64,000 nt of DNA from Tubiluchus corallicola. Its lineage: Eukaryota; Animalia; Priapulida. The stretch's first letter is position 1, and each line of letters opens with the position of its first letter. Under the pieces are notes generated by a model that ran no database searches, was not told the origin of the DNA, and saw nothing but the letters and a program-made list of their open reading frames with translations. The stretch is from the NCBI GenBank assembly GCA_030141605.1, contig JAQGDQ010000806.1, positions 1-64,000 on the forward strand. Reading direction: 5' to 3'. Positions 63,335-64,000 of the stretch are shown piece by piece. Position numbers and translations under genes: made by a program.

Positions 63335-63853
63335 TCCCCATTCATTTTTGGCTAGTGTACATGGATGGAGAATATATTTTACCAAAACATGTGGGTCTGT
63401 GTAGAGCGTGGCAGAGACAAGGTGCACTCGCATACATGCTAGAGCAGTGAGTGTAGTGATGCGTGCATGGAAGCAACGTCGCACATGAGAGCTCATGTGT
63501 AAGAGTGACTGACAGCACGTGAGTGCAGCATGCATGTCTACTAATGGCGGATACTCCAATTAGGTGGATAGCGTATGGTAGTGTAAATCAGCCCTCTAGT
63601 GTGCAAAACCACAACTAACGCAAGAGCTACAATATGTCACCATAAAAGGCCATTACGAGTCAATACATTAGCAAAGTTAATCAGAAGTGGTACACAGTAA
63701 ATTTTTACACGATCAATGATAACAACAAATTAACATTAAAGATTTTAGGAACAGCACAAAATTGGGCAAAAATTTTAACACTATTTTAAAAAAGTTGTAG
63801 AAACCAAACTGGGACACAGTCGTTACAGCGCTGATCTACTCCTGGGTCAGACT
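63335..63853. repeat. Dispersed repeat, copy 2
   Basis: Paralog of 60465-60955. Confidence 0.85.
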
Positions 63854-64000
63854 CAGACTTAGATTTAGTATTATGTATTTTTAATCAAAATTAAAATGCA
63901 ATCTTTGAAGTAATGTCCTAATAGTAAAGGCTTGTCCTCATATAACATGTCCTCAAATAAATGCAATAATCAGAAGTGGTTATTGTTTCCCTTTTCTTTG

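Overview
AT-rich eukaryotic (invertebrate animal-like) genomic DNA. Bases ~1.2-52.0 kb hold one large minus-strand gene made almost entirely of calcium-binding-type EGF-like domains, one domain per exon. I count 50 intact symmetric phase 1-1 exons of 111/114/117 nt (5637 nt, ~1880 aa), one frameshifted exon, four exon remnants and a probable short terminal exon. The product is fibropellin/Notch-like, but no other domain, signal-peptide exon or transmembrane exon is visible. The exons form higher-order tandem blocks (ABCDEFGFGHIJK / ABCDEFGDEFGHIJK / ABC*DE...). Introns carry MITEs, piggyBac, CR1/L2 LINE and tRNA-SINE relics, minisatellites and a ~335-bp palindrome. Upstream (52.3-56.1 kb) lies a rearranged BEL/Pao-like LTR retroelement whose leader/gag region is an 856-bp inverted repeat, so its transcript should fold into a long hairpin. 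The last 8 kb is repeat-derived or low-complexity. Coordinates and translations were read by eye; family assignments come from remembered motifs, not database searches.
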